Source: an uncultured Gammaproteobacteria bacterium
GTDB taxonomy: Bacteria > Patescibacteriota > Microgenomatia > 2-02-FULL-39-11
Assembly: GCA_964520615.1 (NCBI GenBank)
Contig: CAZFNL010000137.1
Location: 148,898 to 212,897 of the forward strand
Length of the DNA stretch: 64,000 bases
Direction of reading: 5' to 3'
Shown: one piece after another, positions 10,655 through 19,588 of the stretch
Position numbering within the stretch: the stretch's first letter is position 1
How the letters are laid out: each line of letters begins with the position of its first letter
Made by a program: the position numbers and the translations under genes
Notes under the pieces: generated by a model
What the model was told of the DNA's origin: nothing
Database searches by the model: none
What the model saw: only the letters and a program-made list of their open reading frames with translations

Positions 10655-10674
10655 AATTGGTACTTTACACGCTT

Positions 10675-10938
10675 TTAATGATAAATCGCACCTCTCAATA
10701 ATATTACTGCCAAAAGCGAGATGAGTAGATATTCTACCACAATTTTGGGATGCAGGTCATCTTCAGCCTGGTGATGTATGACCCCCCATATAAAGTAAGC
10801 AATACTTGTGCCTATCGCGACCAAAAACTGGCGATCCGGATATCCGGCAAAAAAGGAAAAAGTCAAAAGGCCTATGGCCAGAATAAAAATTAAAATCATA
10901 TAGTGCATCACATGGACATGTGCGTTTGTGCTTTTCAT
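10675..10938 (-). CDS. Small three-TM membrane protein of unknown function
   Basis: 87 aa, three hydrophobic segments, YFIWGVIHH and VVEY. Confidence 0.7.
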   Translation of the reverse strand: MKSTNAHVHVMHYMILIFILAIGLLTFSFFAGYPDRQFLVAIGTSIAYFIWGVIHHQAEDDLHPKIVVEYLLISLLAVILLRGAIYH

Positions 10939-11027
10939 AAGAATACTCCACTAAATTATAACGTAACTCCGATACACGAAGCGCCTAAATATTGCCAACT
11001 GCATAAATAAACAGACTTATCAAAAAA

Positions 11028-11933
11028 TTACAATATTACCCCAATACCGGTAGCACCCATCGCCCCAATAAGAGCTGCCAGAAATATTATGTGAGCGAGA
11101 CTATGGCCTGAAATCCTGGCTGGCTTAAATTTCCACATATAAAGGCTGTCCAGGAAAAGCACGATCAGAAGAACCTCTGCCAGTACTAGTGATACTGATT
11201 TGGAGACAGAGGCAGAAAGGATCAGAGGTTTGTTGCTGACCACGCTTGCTGGCGGTGGATTCTCCGCCTTGGTTTGTGTTGAGACTACAGGTAGGATTGT
11301 TGGAGTAGCTGTCGGTTCAGGCAAAGGATTATTTGAAGCAATATTATTTGTCTGTGGCTGGGATTGGGATCCAAACTCCTCAACCACGAGAGTAGTATCC
11401 TCACCTGTAAGCCTGCCGTTCATGACGGCAATACCGATATCAGTATATTCGGGCTTTAGAATATTTTCCCTGTGTGAGGGAGAATTCATCCATGCATCCA
11501 CCACTTCCTTGGAGGTATTAAAATCCTTGGCCAAGTTTTCACCTGCATAGACATAATGGTAGCCTGAGGCTGTAATAAAAGTCCAAGGAGTTGTCCCCGT
11601 AGGGGAAATATGGGCCCAATAATTTTTGTCAAACATATCTGTTGCTTTTTGTGTTGCGGCCGCGTCCAACTCGGAATTCAGTTTCAGGGATGAAAGCCCC
11701 CTACTGGTGCGCTCCTGATTGACATAGTAGAGTACCCTGTCGATATTTATATCTGTTGCATACCCCAGGACATTACCTCCGCTTCCTTTGTACAAACCGA
11801 TAATCATCTGAAATACGATAAGGAGCATGATGTAATAGACTATTACCCTGTGATGGAGGAGCCGCGCCCGGAAGTTATTGCTCTCATGAGGGAGAAAATA
11901 ATGATGAACGATGCGTCTGAATTTTTTCAGCAT
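11028..11933 (-). CDS. Membrane-anchored CAP (SCP/PR-1) domain protein
   Basis: N.ER...GL..L, AA..KA.DM...NYWAH, AGENLA, WMNSPSHRENIL; TM segments at both ends. Confidence 0.9.
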   Translation of the reverse strand: MLKKFRRIVHHYFLPHESNNFRARLLHHRVIVYYIMLLIVFQMIIGLYKGSGGNVLGYATDINIDRVLYYVNQERTSRGLSSLKLNSELDAAATQKATDMFDKNYWAHISPTGTTPWTFITASGYHYVYAGENLAKDFNTSKEVVDAWMNSPSHRENILKPEYTDIGIAVMNGRLTGEDTTLVVEEFGSQSQPQTNNIASNNPLPEPTATPTILPVVSTQTKAENPPPASVVSNKPLILSASVSKSVSLVLAEVLLIVLFLDSLYMWKFKPARISGHSLAHIIFLAALIGAMGATGIGVIL

Positions 11934-11988
11934 TAATTACCATTTTTGCAGAATTTTCCCTTCAGTTCAAGACAAAGATTAAAGTGGT

Positions 11989-12942
11989 TTAATAATTCGC
12001 AGATTTGGGAGTAGCCAGCTCAATTGCTCCGGAGTCAAGATTTGCTGAACCGGTTGATGTAAACCAGTTTTCGGCAAGTATCCCGTCACCTGGTGGATCA
12101 GCCCTCACCATGGAGCTTTTGGGGTCGATAGAACTACCTTCAAACCAACCTCCGGTATCATTTGCCACATCTATCACCGTATCCTTATAATCTCTAAGCA
12201 CCAACTGTTCCCCGCCATTGGAAAGATTCATAGACGGAAAAATAAAGTCTGGATCAATATCCAGTACAGAATTATCTTTATTGTAATGAGAGATAAGAAA
12301 ATATCCTTTCCCTAATATGGTACTTTCGGGCAAAACCGCATTAAGCGTTGTGGCGTTACCCAAATTTTCCACTGTCCATCCGGTCAAATCTATACTATGT
12401 GTGGTGGTATTTCTCAGCTCTATCCACTCATCTGCAGTGCTTTTACTGCTGCCTCCCCACATCACCTCATTTATGACTACATCTCCCGGTTGGGCCTCCA
12501 TCGTCACTGTAGATGTAGGAGTCGGAGACGGAGTCATCGAGAGTGTCGGAGTTGGAGTAGAAGAAGGAGTCGCTGTCGTTGTGGGAGTAACTGATGGTGT
12601 AACTGTGGGTTCGGGATTTCCTGTTGGAGATGGTGCAACTGTAGGTTCGGGAATGTTTGTTGGAGTCAAAGTCGGCGCAGGAACGTCTCCTGGAAGCCGC
12701 GGGAGCGGTCCTAGCGCCGGCAAAGGACGAAGTGTAGGTAGCGCCCGAAGAGTCGGCAATGGCGCGAATGTAGGAAAAGGATAGAGCCTGATTGTATCAA
12801 AATAATTAGTTGCCGGAGAAAATAAGGAAACAGAACCGGATGGTAAATACTGGGCATTTACAGTCATTACCTGACTAAAAAGTGTAAGCAATCCTAGAAA
12901 GGCTCCGAGTAAAAAATAACCTATTTTTATCTTGGGCAGCAT
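11989..12942 (-). CDS. Secreted lamin-tail-domain (LTD) protein with LPTLRP and Pro/Thr repeats
   Basis: Signal peptide; VVINEVMW...DEWIELRN...IDLTGW...L.NGGE.L.L...TP..AN LTD signature. Confidence 0.8.
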   Translation of the reverse strand: MLPKIKIGYFLLGAFLGLLTLFSQVMTVNAQYLPSGSVSLFSPATNYFDTIRLYPFPTFAPLPTLRALPTLRPLPALGPLPRLPGDVPAPTLTPTNIPEPTVAPSPTGNPEPTVTPSVTPTTTATPSSTPTPTLSMTPSPTPTSTVTMEAQPGDVVINEVMWGGSSKSTADEWIELRNTTTHSIDLTGWTVENLGNATTLNAVLPESTILGKGYFLISHYNKDNSVLDIDPDFIFPSMNLSNGGEQLVLRDYKDTVIDVANDTGGWFEGSSIDPKSSMVRADPPGDGILAENWFTSTGSANLDSGAIELATPKSANY

Positions 12943-13078
12943 TTTTTCTAATAATCAATTTTAAGGACAGTAATTCCCTACAATACATGAAACAAAAATA
13001 AATATCAGTAACTTATCATACGTAAAAGCAAACGTGACAATTATTACAATAGATGGCCAAATCCTATGAAAAAAGGGG

Positions 13079-13747
13079 TTACCTCAGGGAACGGAGAGTG
13101 GGCAGAGGCCGGAGAGTCGGCAGCGGTCTTAGTGTCGGCAAAGTTCGTAATGTCGGCAAGACTGTATTTAATGTAGGCAAAGGTTTGAGTGTCGGCAAAG
13201 GCGCAAATGTCGGAAATGCCCGGTCGGCAGAATCCACTCCCGCAACAATGTCAAAAATTGTGCTTTTATCCTGGTACTGGTTGCCGGCGGCGGGATCCAT
13301 GCTAACCGTAAAAACATATGTTGTCTTTGACCTTTTGGCTACCTTGGACAGCCAGACTGGACCGCCATTATAGAAATCCGAAAGGGTTTTTATCCCCGTC
13401 TCACTGCCTTGTCCGTAAAGGACTGTGCCGTTTTCGGATATGATAATAAAAAGCGCCTGCGACAATTCCGGGGTGCCGGAATCGGAAAAATTGTAAGCCT
13501 CTATCCCCACAGTCCTTGTGTAAAGGTCAGTATTTTCCACCTCAATACTTTTTGTCACTGTTTTACCCGGCAACCAGTTGGTCTCGGAAAACATCGGGGT
13601 GGAAGGGAATGTCACTTTCAGCGGGCCAAAAGCGCGCACTATACTCATCGTATCACGGCTGGTCTGGTAGGCATTTATAGCTATACCCAAAAGTATAATT
13701 GCCAAAAAAAGTGTGATTATCCTTCTTATTATTTTTATTTTATTCAT
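13079..13747 (-). CDS. Secreted TasA/camelysin-like beta-domain protein with C-terminal LPTLRP repeats
   Basis: N-terminal TM/signal; NWLPGKTVTKSIEVEN and AGNQYQ resemble the TasA core (NMKPGDTV...AGNTVQ in the neighbour). Confidence 0.6.
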   Translation of the reverse strand: MNKIKIIRRIITLFLAIILLGIAINAYQTSRDTMSIVRAFGPLKVTFPSTPMFSETNWLPGKTVTKSIEVENTDLYTRTVGIEAYNFSDSGTPELSQALFIIISENGTVLYGQGSETGIKTLSDFYNGGPVWLSKVAKRSKTTYVFTVSMDPAAGNQYQDKSTIFDIVAGVDSADRAFPTFAPLPTLKPLPTLNTVLPTLRTLPTLRPLPTLRPLPTLRSLR

Positions 13748-13780
13748 GGTTTCTCTTTTCAGCTTCTTTTCCCGCTTTTA

Positions 13781-14095
13781 TTATTGGTTCCCGCTGCCCG
13801 TACTTTCACCTGTAGTATCCGGCAAAAGTCCTGCTGATACTGTAGCGGCATTACTCTCGCTTACTACATTTGGTGTTGGCGTCGGCGCGGATGTTGCAGC
13901 CGGTACTGAAAGATTTCCGGCAGCCAGCGTCCGGACGCTTGTAGTGAGATTTGCCGTCCAAGTGCCTGTGGTAAACACGTTTCCCGTGACTTGCGTATGA
14001 GCGGTAAACTGCGCGTATGACACACCCACAAGCATATCCAAAACCAACCCCAGCATGATTGTCAGAAAAAATATCTTAGGCGAAAACTTTATCAT
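13781..14095 (-). CDS. Small protein with a SipW-class signal peptide and a Thr/Ser/Pro-rich tail
   Basis: GVSYA|QFT...GNVFTTGTW matches the SipW-substrate pattern; adjacent to sipW. Confidence 0.7.
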   Translation of the reverse strand: MIKFSPKIFFLTIMLGLVLDMLVGVSYAQFTAHTQVTGNVFTTGTWTANLTTSVRTLAAGNLSVPAATSAPTPTPNVVSESNAATVSAGLLPDTTGESTGSGNQ

Positions 14096-14624
14096 TTTTT
14101 ACTCTTTCCTCCAGACTCCTGATATAGCGAGTCAGTGAATAAAGTTCTGAAAGTATCAGAACTCCCCCGGGCAGCAATATGAAAAGCGCAAATCCCTGCA
14201 ATGTCTTTATAAATGCCACAAGATAACCTATACCGGGGATGACATTTATCATCCTGCCTTTAACTGCCGCAGCCGGCACTTCCCATGTGTCGGCGGCCGT
14301 GTTGGCATCCCCCTTCGTCCGGAAAAACTCTTGATTTCCTTTTTTTTCAAAAGACGCAATTCTATGCGTTATTATCCTGCCCGGAATATTGGGATCGTCA
14401 AAAGCAATAATATCGTTTACTTTAAGAGAAGATACAGGCGTTTTTGCCACCATCACTATATCGCCCGCTTCAAATACCGGACTCATGCTGCCTGAAAGGA
14501 CCACAAAAGATGAAAGCCCCAATATGGGTATCCTTTGCGCGAAAGTGATGAATGTAAAAAAAACCAGAAGGACCATCATCGTCCCGAAAAAGACATCCTT
14601 TATATAGTCAATGATATATTTCAT
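14076..14624 (-). CDS. sipW: Signal peptidase I, SipW/SEC11 (S26B) type
   Basis: VLSGSM.P, ITHRI, TKGDAN..D (Ser-His type); N- and C-terminal TM. Confidence 0.9.
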   Translation of the reverse strand: MKYIIDYIKDVFFGTMMVLLVFFTFITFAQRIPILGLSSFVVLSGSMSPVFEAGDIVMVAKTPVSSLKVNDIIAFDDPNIPGRIITHRIASFEKKGNQEFFRTKGDANTAADTWEVPAAAVKGRMINVIPGIGYLVAFIKTLQGFALFILLPGGVLILSELYSLTRYIRSLEERVKNDKVFA

Positions 14625-14646
14625 AATTTATTTTTTAATTTATCCC

Positions 14647-14688
14647 TGGTAGGGGATAGACCTCGTACCAATCGTCTATCCCCCACCA
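14647..14688 (-). other. 15-bp stem-loop between the tasA-like gene and sipW
   Basis: TGGTAGGGGATAGAC / GTCTATCCCCCACCA; the single A-C mismatch is G-U on the minus strand; no U-tract follows on the minus strand. Confidence 0.7.
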
Positions 14689-14696
14689 TCGTCCGC

Positions 14697-15182
14697 TTAC
14701 AACTGACTACCGCTAAAGTTAAATGTTACGTTTGATGTTTGATTCTGTACCGTATTGCCTGCGTCCAGTAACTGAACATGGAAAGTCAATTGATCCTGTA
14801 ACCCATGATTCACATTCCTATTCGGTATTACCAATGAATTTACACCGGTAGGTCCAGCTATTATTGTGCTATTTGATGTATCATAAACACTAACCTCAAG
14901 ATATGGATCCAGTGTGGGATTAGTTCCGGCCGCCGTCCCGTTATATGTCATATTTAATGACCCGCCGTTAATGACGTTTAATGTAGCGTTCACGGTGTCT
15001 CCCGGCTTCATATTTGACGCTGAGATAAAACCGGATGAATTACTTGTTGATAGAACTAGATTTCCTGTTGTAAATACGTTTCCAGAATTTGTTGCTGATG
15101 CTGTAAACGTAGCAAAGGTTGCTGCACCGATAAAAAGACTGACCGCCCCGATAGACAGGACACTTGTAAGTATCCTTTTCAT
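14697..15182 (-). CDS. TasA-family (SipW-processed fibre subunit) protein
   Basis: GAATFA|TFT...NSGNVFTTGNL SipW-class leader; NMKPGDTV...V.NGGSL TasA/CalY motif; strong AAGGAGGTG RBS; sipW directly downstream. Confidence 0.8.
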   Translation of the reverse strand: MKRILTSVLSIGAVSLFIGAATFATFTASATNSGNVFTTGNLVLSTSNSSGFISASNMKPGDTVNATLNVINGGSLNMTYNGTAAGTNPTLDPYLEVSVYDTSNSTIIAGPTGVNSLVIPNRNVNHGLQDQLTFHVQLLDAGNTVQNQTSNVTFNFSGSQL

Positions 15183-15204
15183 TTATTTCTCACCTCCTTC
15201 CCGC

Positions 15205-15232
15205 AAAAAAATACCACTCCATAAGGAGCGGC
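15205..15232 (-). terminator. Intrinsic-terminator-like hairpin in the 5' leader of the tasA-like gene
   Basis: Minus strand GCCGCTCC-TTAT-GGAGTGGT-A-TTTTTTT, ending about 6 nt before the RBS. Confidence 0.55.
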
Positions 15233-15344
15233 TTTCACCATTGATAATTCTATATTTAGTTGTGGAACCGGAGGCGGGCAGAGCCATCGTATAAAATAAA
15301 AAATTTACCTCCGCTGGCGGTCGGCAAGTATTAAACCGTTCCCC

Positions 15345-15372
15345 ATCATAATGTAAAAAAAATGAATGTCAA
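15345..15372 (-). promoter_or_regulatory. Sigma70-like promoter for the tasA/sipW operon
   Basis: TTGACA-16 nt-TATGAT. Confidence 0.55.
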
Positions 15373-15607
15373 CTGTGAAATAATAGAGAAAAATATGAAA
15401 AAGTATATCAATTTTCAGAACCGATATAGTGTGTTCTTTTTATTTATATTTTGTTCCGTATGATCTTCTACGGACGTTCACAAAGGCACAAAATGGAGCG
15501 CTGTATCCGATTTTATTGAAAAGTTGTGTTATACTTCTTGCACTTGAAATTGCAATCAGCATGTACCCTTCTAGACTGATTTAGTAACATTTTTCTTGCG
15601 AAAAAGT

Positions 15608-15636
15608 TTCAAAATACAGTAAGAAGGGTATATACT
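15608..15636 (+). promoter_or_regulatory. Possible sigma70-like promoter
   Basis: TTCAAA-17 nt-TATACT, 17 nt upstream of ATG 15654. Confidence 0.4.
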
Positions 15637-15653
15637 CTATTACTCATATTGAT

Positions 15654-17153
15654 ATGAAAGACTGGATCAAACAGCTTTTTAGCGTATATTTTGTCCGATT
15701 ATTCCCTCTTGCAGTTGTCTTCGTAGGATCACTTTTTAATCCGGCCGATTCGGACCTGGGCTGGCACTTGCGATACGGCGAGTATTTTTTCCGGCACCAT
15801 GCCATCCTCACCAGAAACCTCTTTTCCTCAGAAATGGTAAATTACGACTGGGTCAACCACTCATGGGGGACTGATATCATCACTTACTTTACATACCACC
15901 ATTTCGGCTTTTTCGGCCTCTCTGTACTGGGGGCTCTGGTGGTAGTAGCAACTATGTATTTTTTCTCCAAGGCGGCAAAACTCAACTTTTGGCAACAGGC
16001 AGTACTTTTCCCTATCCTTTTATACCTTGAAGAACCCCTGACAATTATCTCTTTCCGCTCGCAGCTGATGACTCTGGGATTTATTGGACTTGTATATTTT
16101 TTCATCTCCAAATTTGAAGAAAAAAAATACAAATGGCTTTTTGGGGTAGTACCAATGTTTCTTGTCTGGAGTAATCTTCATGGGGAATTCATACTGGGGC
16201 TGGGAGTTTTTGCCGGCTGGATAGGGATATACACATTGAGGCTTCTTTATGACAAATATATCAAAAAGCTGGAAACCGATTTCAGAGAATGGCGGATACT
16301 TACCACATCATTCCTGCTTTCTTTTGCCGCTACATTTATAAATCCTTTTACATGGCGCGTCTACCAGGAAGCGATGCACCACTTTGACAATCCTCTGCAG
16401 AAATATATTGTCGAGTGGACGCCTTTTGATACCGGCAGCACCCTCTGGTGGCGACTGGTCTATTGGGGAATACTCCTTGCCCTAAGCCTTATTATAATTG
16501 CCAAAAAGAAACAGCTAAAAAGACTCTTTCCGTATATAAGCCTCATGCTCCTTCTTTTTGTTTTTTCCTTTTGGATGAGGAGATATACCTGGCCGATGTT
16601 TCTTGTTTCCATCCCTGTTGTCGCTGTATTTGTCAAAGCCATAGAACCGCCAAACAAAAAAATATCGGCAATCTTTGCTACGTTCCTTTTGGCTGCTTAT
16701 TACTTTTATTCCATATTTATACACAACCAGTCAGCACTCCTAAGGTCCATGTCTTGGGATTTTTACTGCAAGATATATATATTCTGTTCACCCAAATCAG
16801 CCCAATATCTTGTGGAACACAAACCTGCCGGCAAAATGCTGACTTTTTACAACTGGGGAGGCTGGCTCATCTGGAATTACCCCGATATAAAACCGTCAAT
16901 GGACGGACGCATGCCTTTCTGGAAAGATGACCACGGCTATAGTGCTTTTGCACATTATTACCCTCTCGAGCAGAATATGGCAAATGTCGACGCTTCCGAA
17001 TATGACGAAATCTATATCCCGCCGACCAAACCCATATACAAACAGATGCTCAAACTTGTAGATGAAGGGCGCTGGAAAATAGTCTACCAGGATATATATG
17101 CGGGTATATTTGTCCGCAACGATATAAAACAAACAATCGGACCCCCGCTTTAG
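15654..17153 (+). CDS. Polytopic membrane protein, probable GT-C glycosyltransferase
   Basis: DSDLGWHL..G loop after TM1, WSNLHG, NP, EW, YNWGGWL.W, DGR; about 11 TM. Confidence 0.7.
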   Translation: MKDWIKQLFSVYFVRLFPLAVVFVGSLFNPADSDLGWHLRYGEYFFRHHAILTRNLFSSEMVNYDWVNHSWGTDIITYFTYHHFGFFGLSVLGALVVVATMYFFSKAAKLNFWQQAVLFPILLYLEEPLTIISFRSQLMTLGFIGLVYFFISKFEEKKYKWLFGVVPMFLVWSNLHGEFILGLGVFAGWIGIYTLRLLYDKYIKKLETDFREWRILTTSFLLSFAATFINPFTWRVYQEAMHHFDNPLQKYIVEWTPFDTGSTLWWRLVYWGILLALSLIIIAKKKQLKRLFPYISLMLLLFVFSFWMRRYTWPMFLVSIPVVAVFVKAIEPPNKKISAIFATFLLAAYYFYSIFIHNQSALLRSMSWDFYCKIYIFCSPKSAQYLVEHKPAGKMLTFYNWGGWLIWNYPDIKPSMDGRMPFWKDDHGYSAFAHYYPLEQNMANVDASEYDEIYIPPTKPIYKQMLKLVDEGRWKIVYQDIYAGIFVRNDIKQTIGPPL

Positions 17154-18595
17154 AATCTTCCCTTGCAAAAGTTAGGGAATCTTACGCACCAGCGCGCAAA
17201 TGGATTATACGGAGTAGGTGTCGGTGTTGATACTGATGGAGGATTGAAATTCGGTGTCGGAGTAAGTGTTGCAGTCGGTCTGGGAGTCGGAGTCAATGTC
17301 GGTGTAGGTGACGGAGAAGGAGTCGAGGTAGCTGTAGGAATCGGTGTAGCGGTAGGTACAACAATCTGGTTGTCCAATGCTTTTTCTATGCTGGATAAAG
17401 CATCTATCCTGCCGTACTGCCAGTAAAATCCCGTGCCGGGTATGTAGTCGGCCCCGCTTTCAATATCGTTTACCGCCGCTGTATTTGTCATCCCGTTTAT
17501 ACCAAAAAGAAGACCGGCTAGACCGGCCACGTGAGGAGAAGCCATGGAAGTACCGGAAAGATAACCGTAATTTTCCATCCCGATGGCATTTGGATGGTCC
17601 GGAAGAGTCGAGTAGACAGATACGCCGGGTGCGGCAACTGCCACCCAGCGGCCAAAGTTGGAAAATGAAGCACGGGAATCATTAATATCAGTAGCTGCTA
17701 CCGCAATCACATGGGAATAATAGGCCGGATAGAAAGGATAGGGTGAATTGTTGTTTCCTGCTGCAGCCACTACCACCACACCTTTATTCCAGGCATAATT
17801 TACCGCATTCTCAAGAGTCTGTGATGGATAAGGCCCGCCCAGGCTCATGTTTATCACGCTGGCTCCGTTATCGGCAGACCAGATGATACAATTTGCCAAC
17901 CACGAATAATATCCTGAACCGTCATCTCCTAGAGCTTTGGCGTTTATAAGAGAGGCATTGTAACCAACTCCCGCCACACCCACGCCATTGTTTGTTTCGG
18001 AAGCAGCGATTCCTGCCACATGCGTTCCATGTCCGAAAAGGTCATCCACTGTAGGACTATCAGTGCAATTGTGATTGGCGACAATCTTTCCCTTCAAGTC
18101 TTCATTGCTTTGGTCGATACCCGTATCCACTATGGCAATTCCCACTGAAGGACTACTTTTAACCAGACTCCAGGCGCTTCTACCCCTTCCGGCAGCATTT
18201 ATTTTATACATCCCCCACTGTAATCCCTGCAAAATCCCCGGATCATTGGTTTCCTCAGCTGTATATACCTTGTAGTCCGGCTCTGCATAAGCGACTCTGG
18301 GATCTTTACCCAATAATCCAACTGCTTTTTCCGGCGTCTGGCCGGAGGATAACCTGACCACTTCGGCGTCAAGCTTGGCTATATCTCCTTTTATTCTTTG
18401 GACTCTAATAAGCCGGTGGACGGAAAGTCTCTCATCTGAAGATAAATTCCTCTTGTATTTGATGATTACCGAATCAGTCTGTTCGTGCAAGTTGGGAGGA
18501 GATGGTAATTCCAAAGCGGTCAGTTTTGCCGGAAAAAAAAGGAAAACCAATAAACAGGATAAAAAGGCAAAAAGGAATATGGGCAGTTTCCTCAT
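17150..18595 (-). CDS. Secreted subtilisin-family (S8, thermitase-like) serine protease with Pro/Thr tail
   Basis: IVDTG, HGTHVAG, AAAGN, SGTSMASPHVAG catalytic motifs; signal peptide and prodomain. Confidence 0.95.
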   Translation of the reverse strand: MRKLPIFLFAFLSCLLVFLFFPAKLTALELPSPPNLHEQTDSVIIKYKRNLSSDERLSVHRLIRVQRIKGDIAKLDAEVVRLSSGQTPEKAVGLLGKDPRVAYAEPDYKVYTAEETNDPGILQGLQWGMYKINAAGRGRSAWSLVKSSPSVGIAIVDTGIDQSNEDLKGKIVANHNCTDSPTVDDLFGHGTHVAGIAASETNNGVGVAGVGYNASLINAKALGDDGSGYYSWLANCIIWSADNGASVINMSLGGPYPSQTLENAVNYAWNKGVVVVAAAGNNNSPYPFYPAYYSHVIAVAATDINDSRASFSNFGRWVAVAAPGVSVYSTLPDHPNAIGMENYGYLSGTSMASPHVAGLAGLLFGINGMTNTAAVNDIESGADYIPGTGFYWQYGRIDALSSIEKALDNQIVVPTATPIPTATSTPSPSPTPTLTPTPRPTATLTPTPNFNPPSVSTPTPTPYNPFARWCVRFPNFCKGRF

Positions 18596-18604
18596 GCTTT
18601 CTAA

Positions 18605-18633
18605 AGCGTACTACCTCACAAAACTCTTGTCAA
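18605..18633 (-). promoter_or_regulatory. Sigma70-like promoter for the S8 protease (near-leaderless)
   Basis: TTGACA-17 nt-TACGCT, ending 9 nt before ATG 18595. Confidence 0.5.
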
Positions 18634-18659
18634 ACTGATAGGAAATTAGGACCTGATTG

Positions 18660-18980
18660 TCACTCGTAAACCGGCTCTACTTGAGAATCTTTACCCCCAT
18701 TGACCGGTATAACCAACAATTTGCCCAGAGCGTTTGCTACCGCGACCCCCACACGCAGTCCCGTGAAGGACCCGGGCCCGCGTACCACTTCAATTGCGTC
18801 TATATCCATTGGCTTAAGTTTATGCTGTTGAAGAATATTTCGTAAAAGAGGAAGAAGTGATTGCGATACCCAAAAGTCTTTCGTTTCCTGTGATATCTGA
18901 AATTTCTTTCCGCCGGTCACAAGGCTGACTGCAGTTTTTTTATTGTCGCTGGTATCAATATAAAGAATATTTTTTAGCAT
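18660..18980 (-). CDS. tsaB: tRNA threonylcarbamoyladenosine biosynthesis protein TsaB (short form)
   Basis: LYIDTS, GPGSFTGLRVG; clustered with tsaC and tsaE. Confidence 0.85.
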   Translation of the reverse strand: MLKNILYIDTSDNKKTAVSLVTGGKKFQISQETKDFWVSQSLLPLLRNILQQHKLKPMDIDAIEVVRGPGSFTGLRVGVAVANALGKLLVIPVNGGKDSQVEPVYE

Positions 18981-18982
18981 GA

Positions 18983-19588
18983 CTAACTTTTTTCAAATAT
19001 GTCGGCATACCTGTAACGTACGTCTACCGCGCCCTGCCTTATAATTTTCCATTTTTCGCCTGAACAGTCAACAACAGTAGAAACATTACCCCCACTGCAT
19101 TTGCCATTTATCACATAATCAACCTTTCTAATCAATAAACTATCAATATCCTCAAAACGATAGGGAGTAGGCTGTCCGTGAAAATTGGCGGAAGGACCCA
19201 AAACCGGTACTCCCGCTCCGGAAATTAATTTCAGAGCTATTTTATGATCCGGTATTCTCAGACCTATATTTTCCCCGTTGCCCCGCACTGACGGGGGAAT
19301 GCGGTCAGTTTTCCCGGGCAAGACTATAGTGAGCGCACCCGGCCAATAATCATTTATCATATGTCGCACAATATCCGAGATGGGGTAGAGCAGGTAGTCT
19401 TGAGCCATCCTAACGCTATTAACAAGAACCGGTGTTGCTTGTGTCAGCGGACGCTCCCGCAGCTTAAACAGTCTTGAAACAGAGTCAGGAAGATCTATCC
19501 TGCAACCTATACCATACGCCGTATCTGTTGGATATATTACTATCCCGCCCTGCTTGAGTATTTTTATTGCTTTTTTTATTTCTTCCAT
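18983..19588 (-). CDS. tsaC: L-threonylcarbamoyladenylate synthase (TsaC/YrdC)
   Basis: YPTDTAYG, K.R, WPGALT, R.PDH, SAN..G, STVVD. Confidence 0.9.
   Translation of the reverse strand: MEEIKKAIKILKQGGIVIYPTDTAYGIGCRIDLPDSVSRLFKLRERPLTQATPVLVNSVRMAQDYLLYPISDIVRHMINDYWPGALTIVLPGKTDRIPPSVRGNGENIGLRIPDHKIALKLISGAGVPVLGPSANFHGQPTPYRFEDIDSLLIRKVDYVINGKCSGGNVSTVVDCSGEKWKIIRQGAVDVRYRYADIFEKS

Noticed and set aside
15183-15345. c-di-GMP-I or -II riboswitch call
   Set aside because: The GGCAAA/GAAA/GACGCAAA core and the class II consensus are not recognisable; kept only as an unassigned leader.
17200-17360. Pro/Thr-coding repeats (also 12500-12680) as DNA repeat elements
   Set aside because: Period-6 codon repeats encoding ordinary PT linkers.
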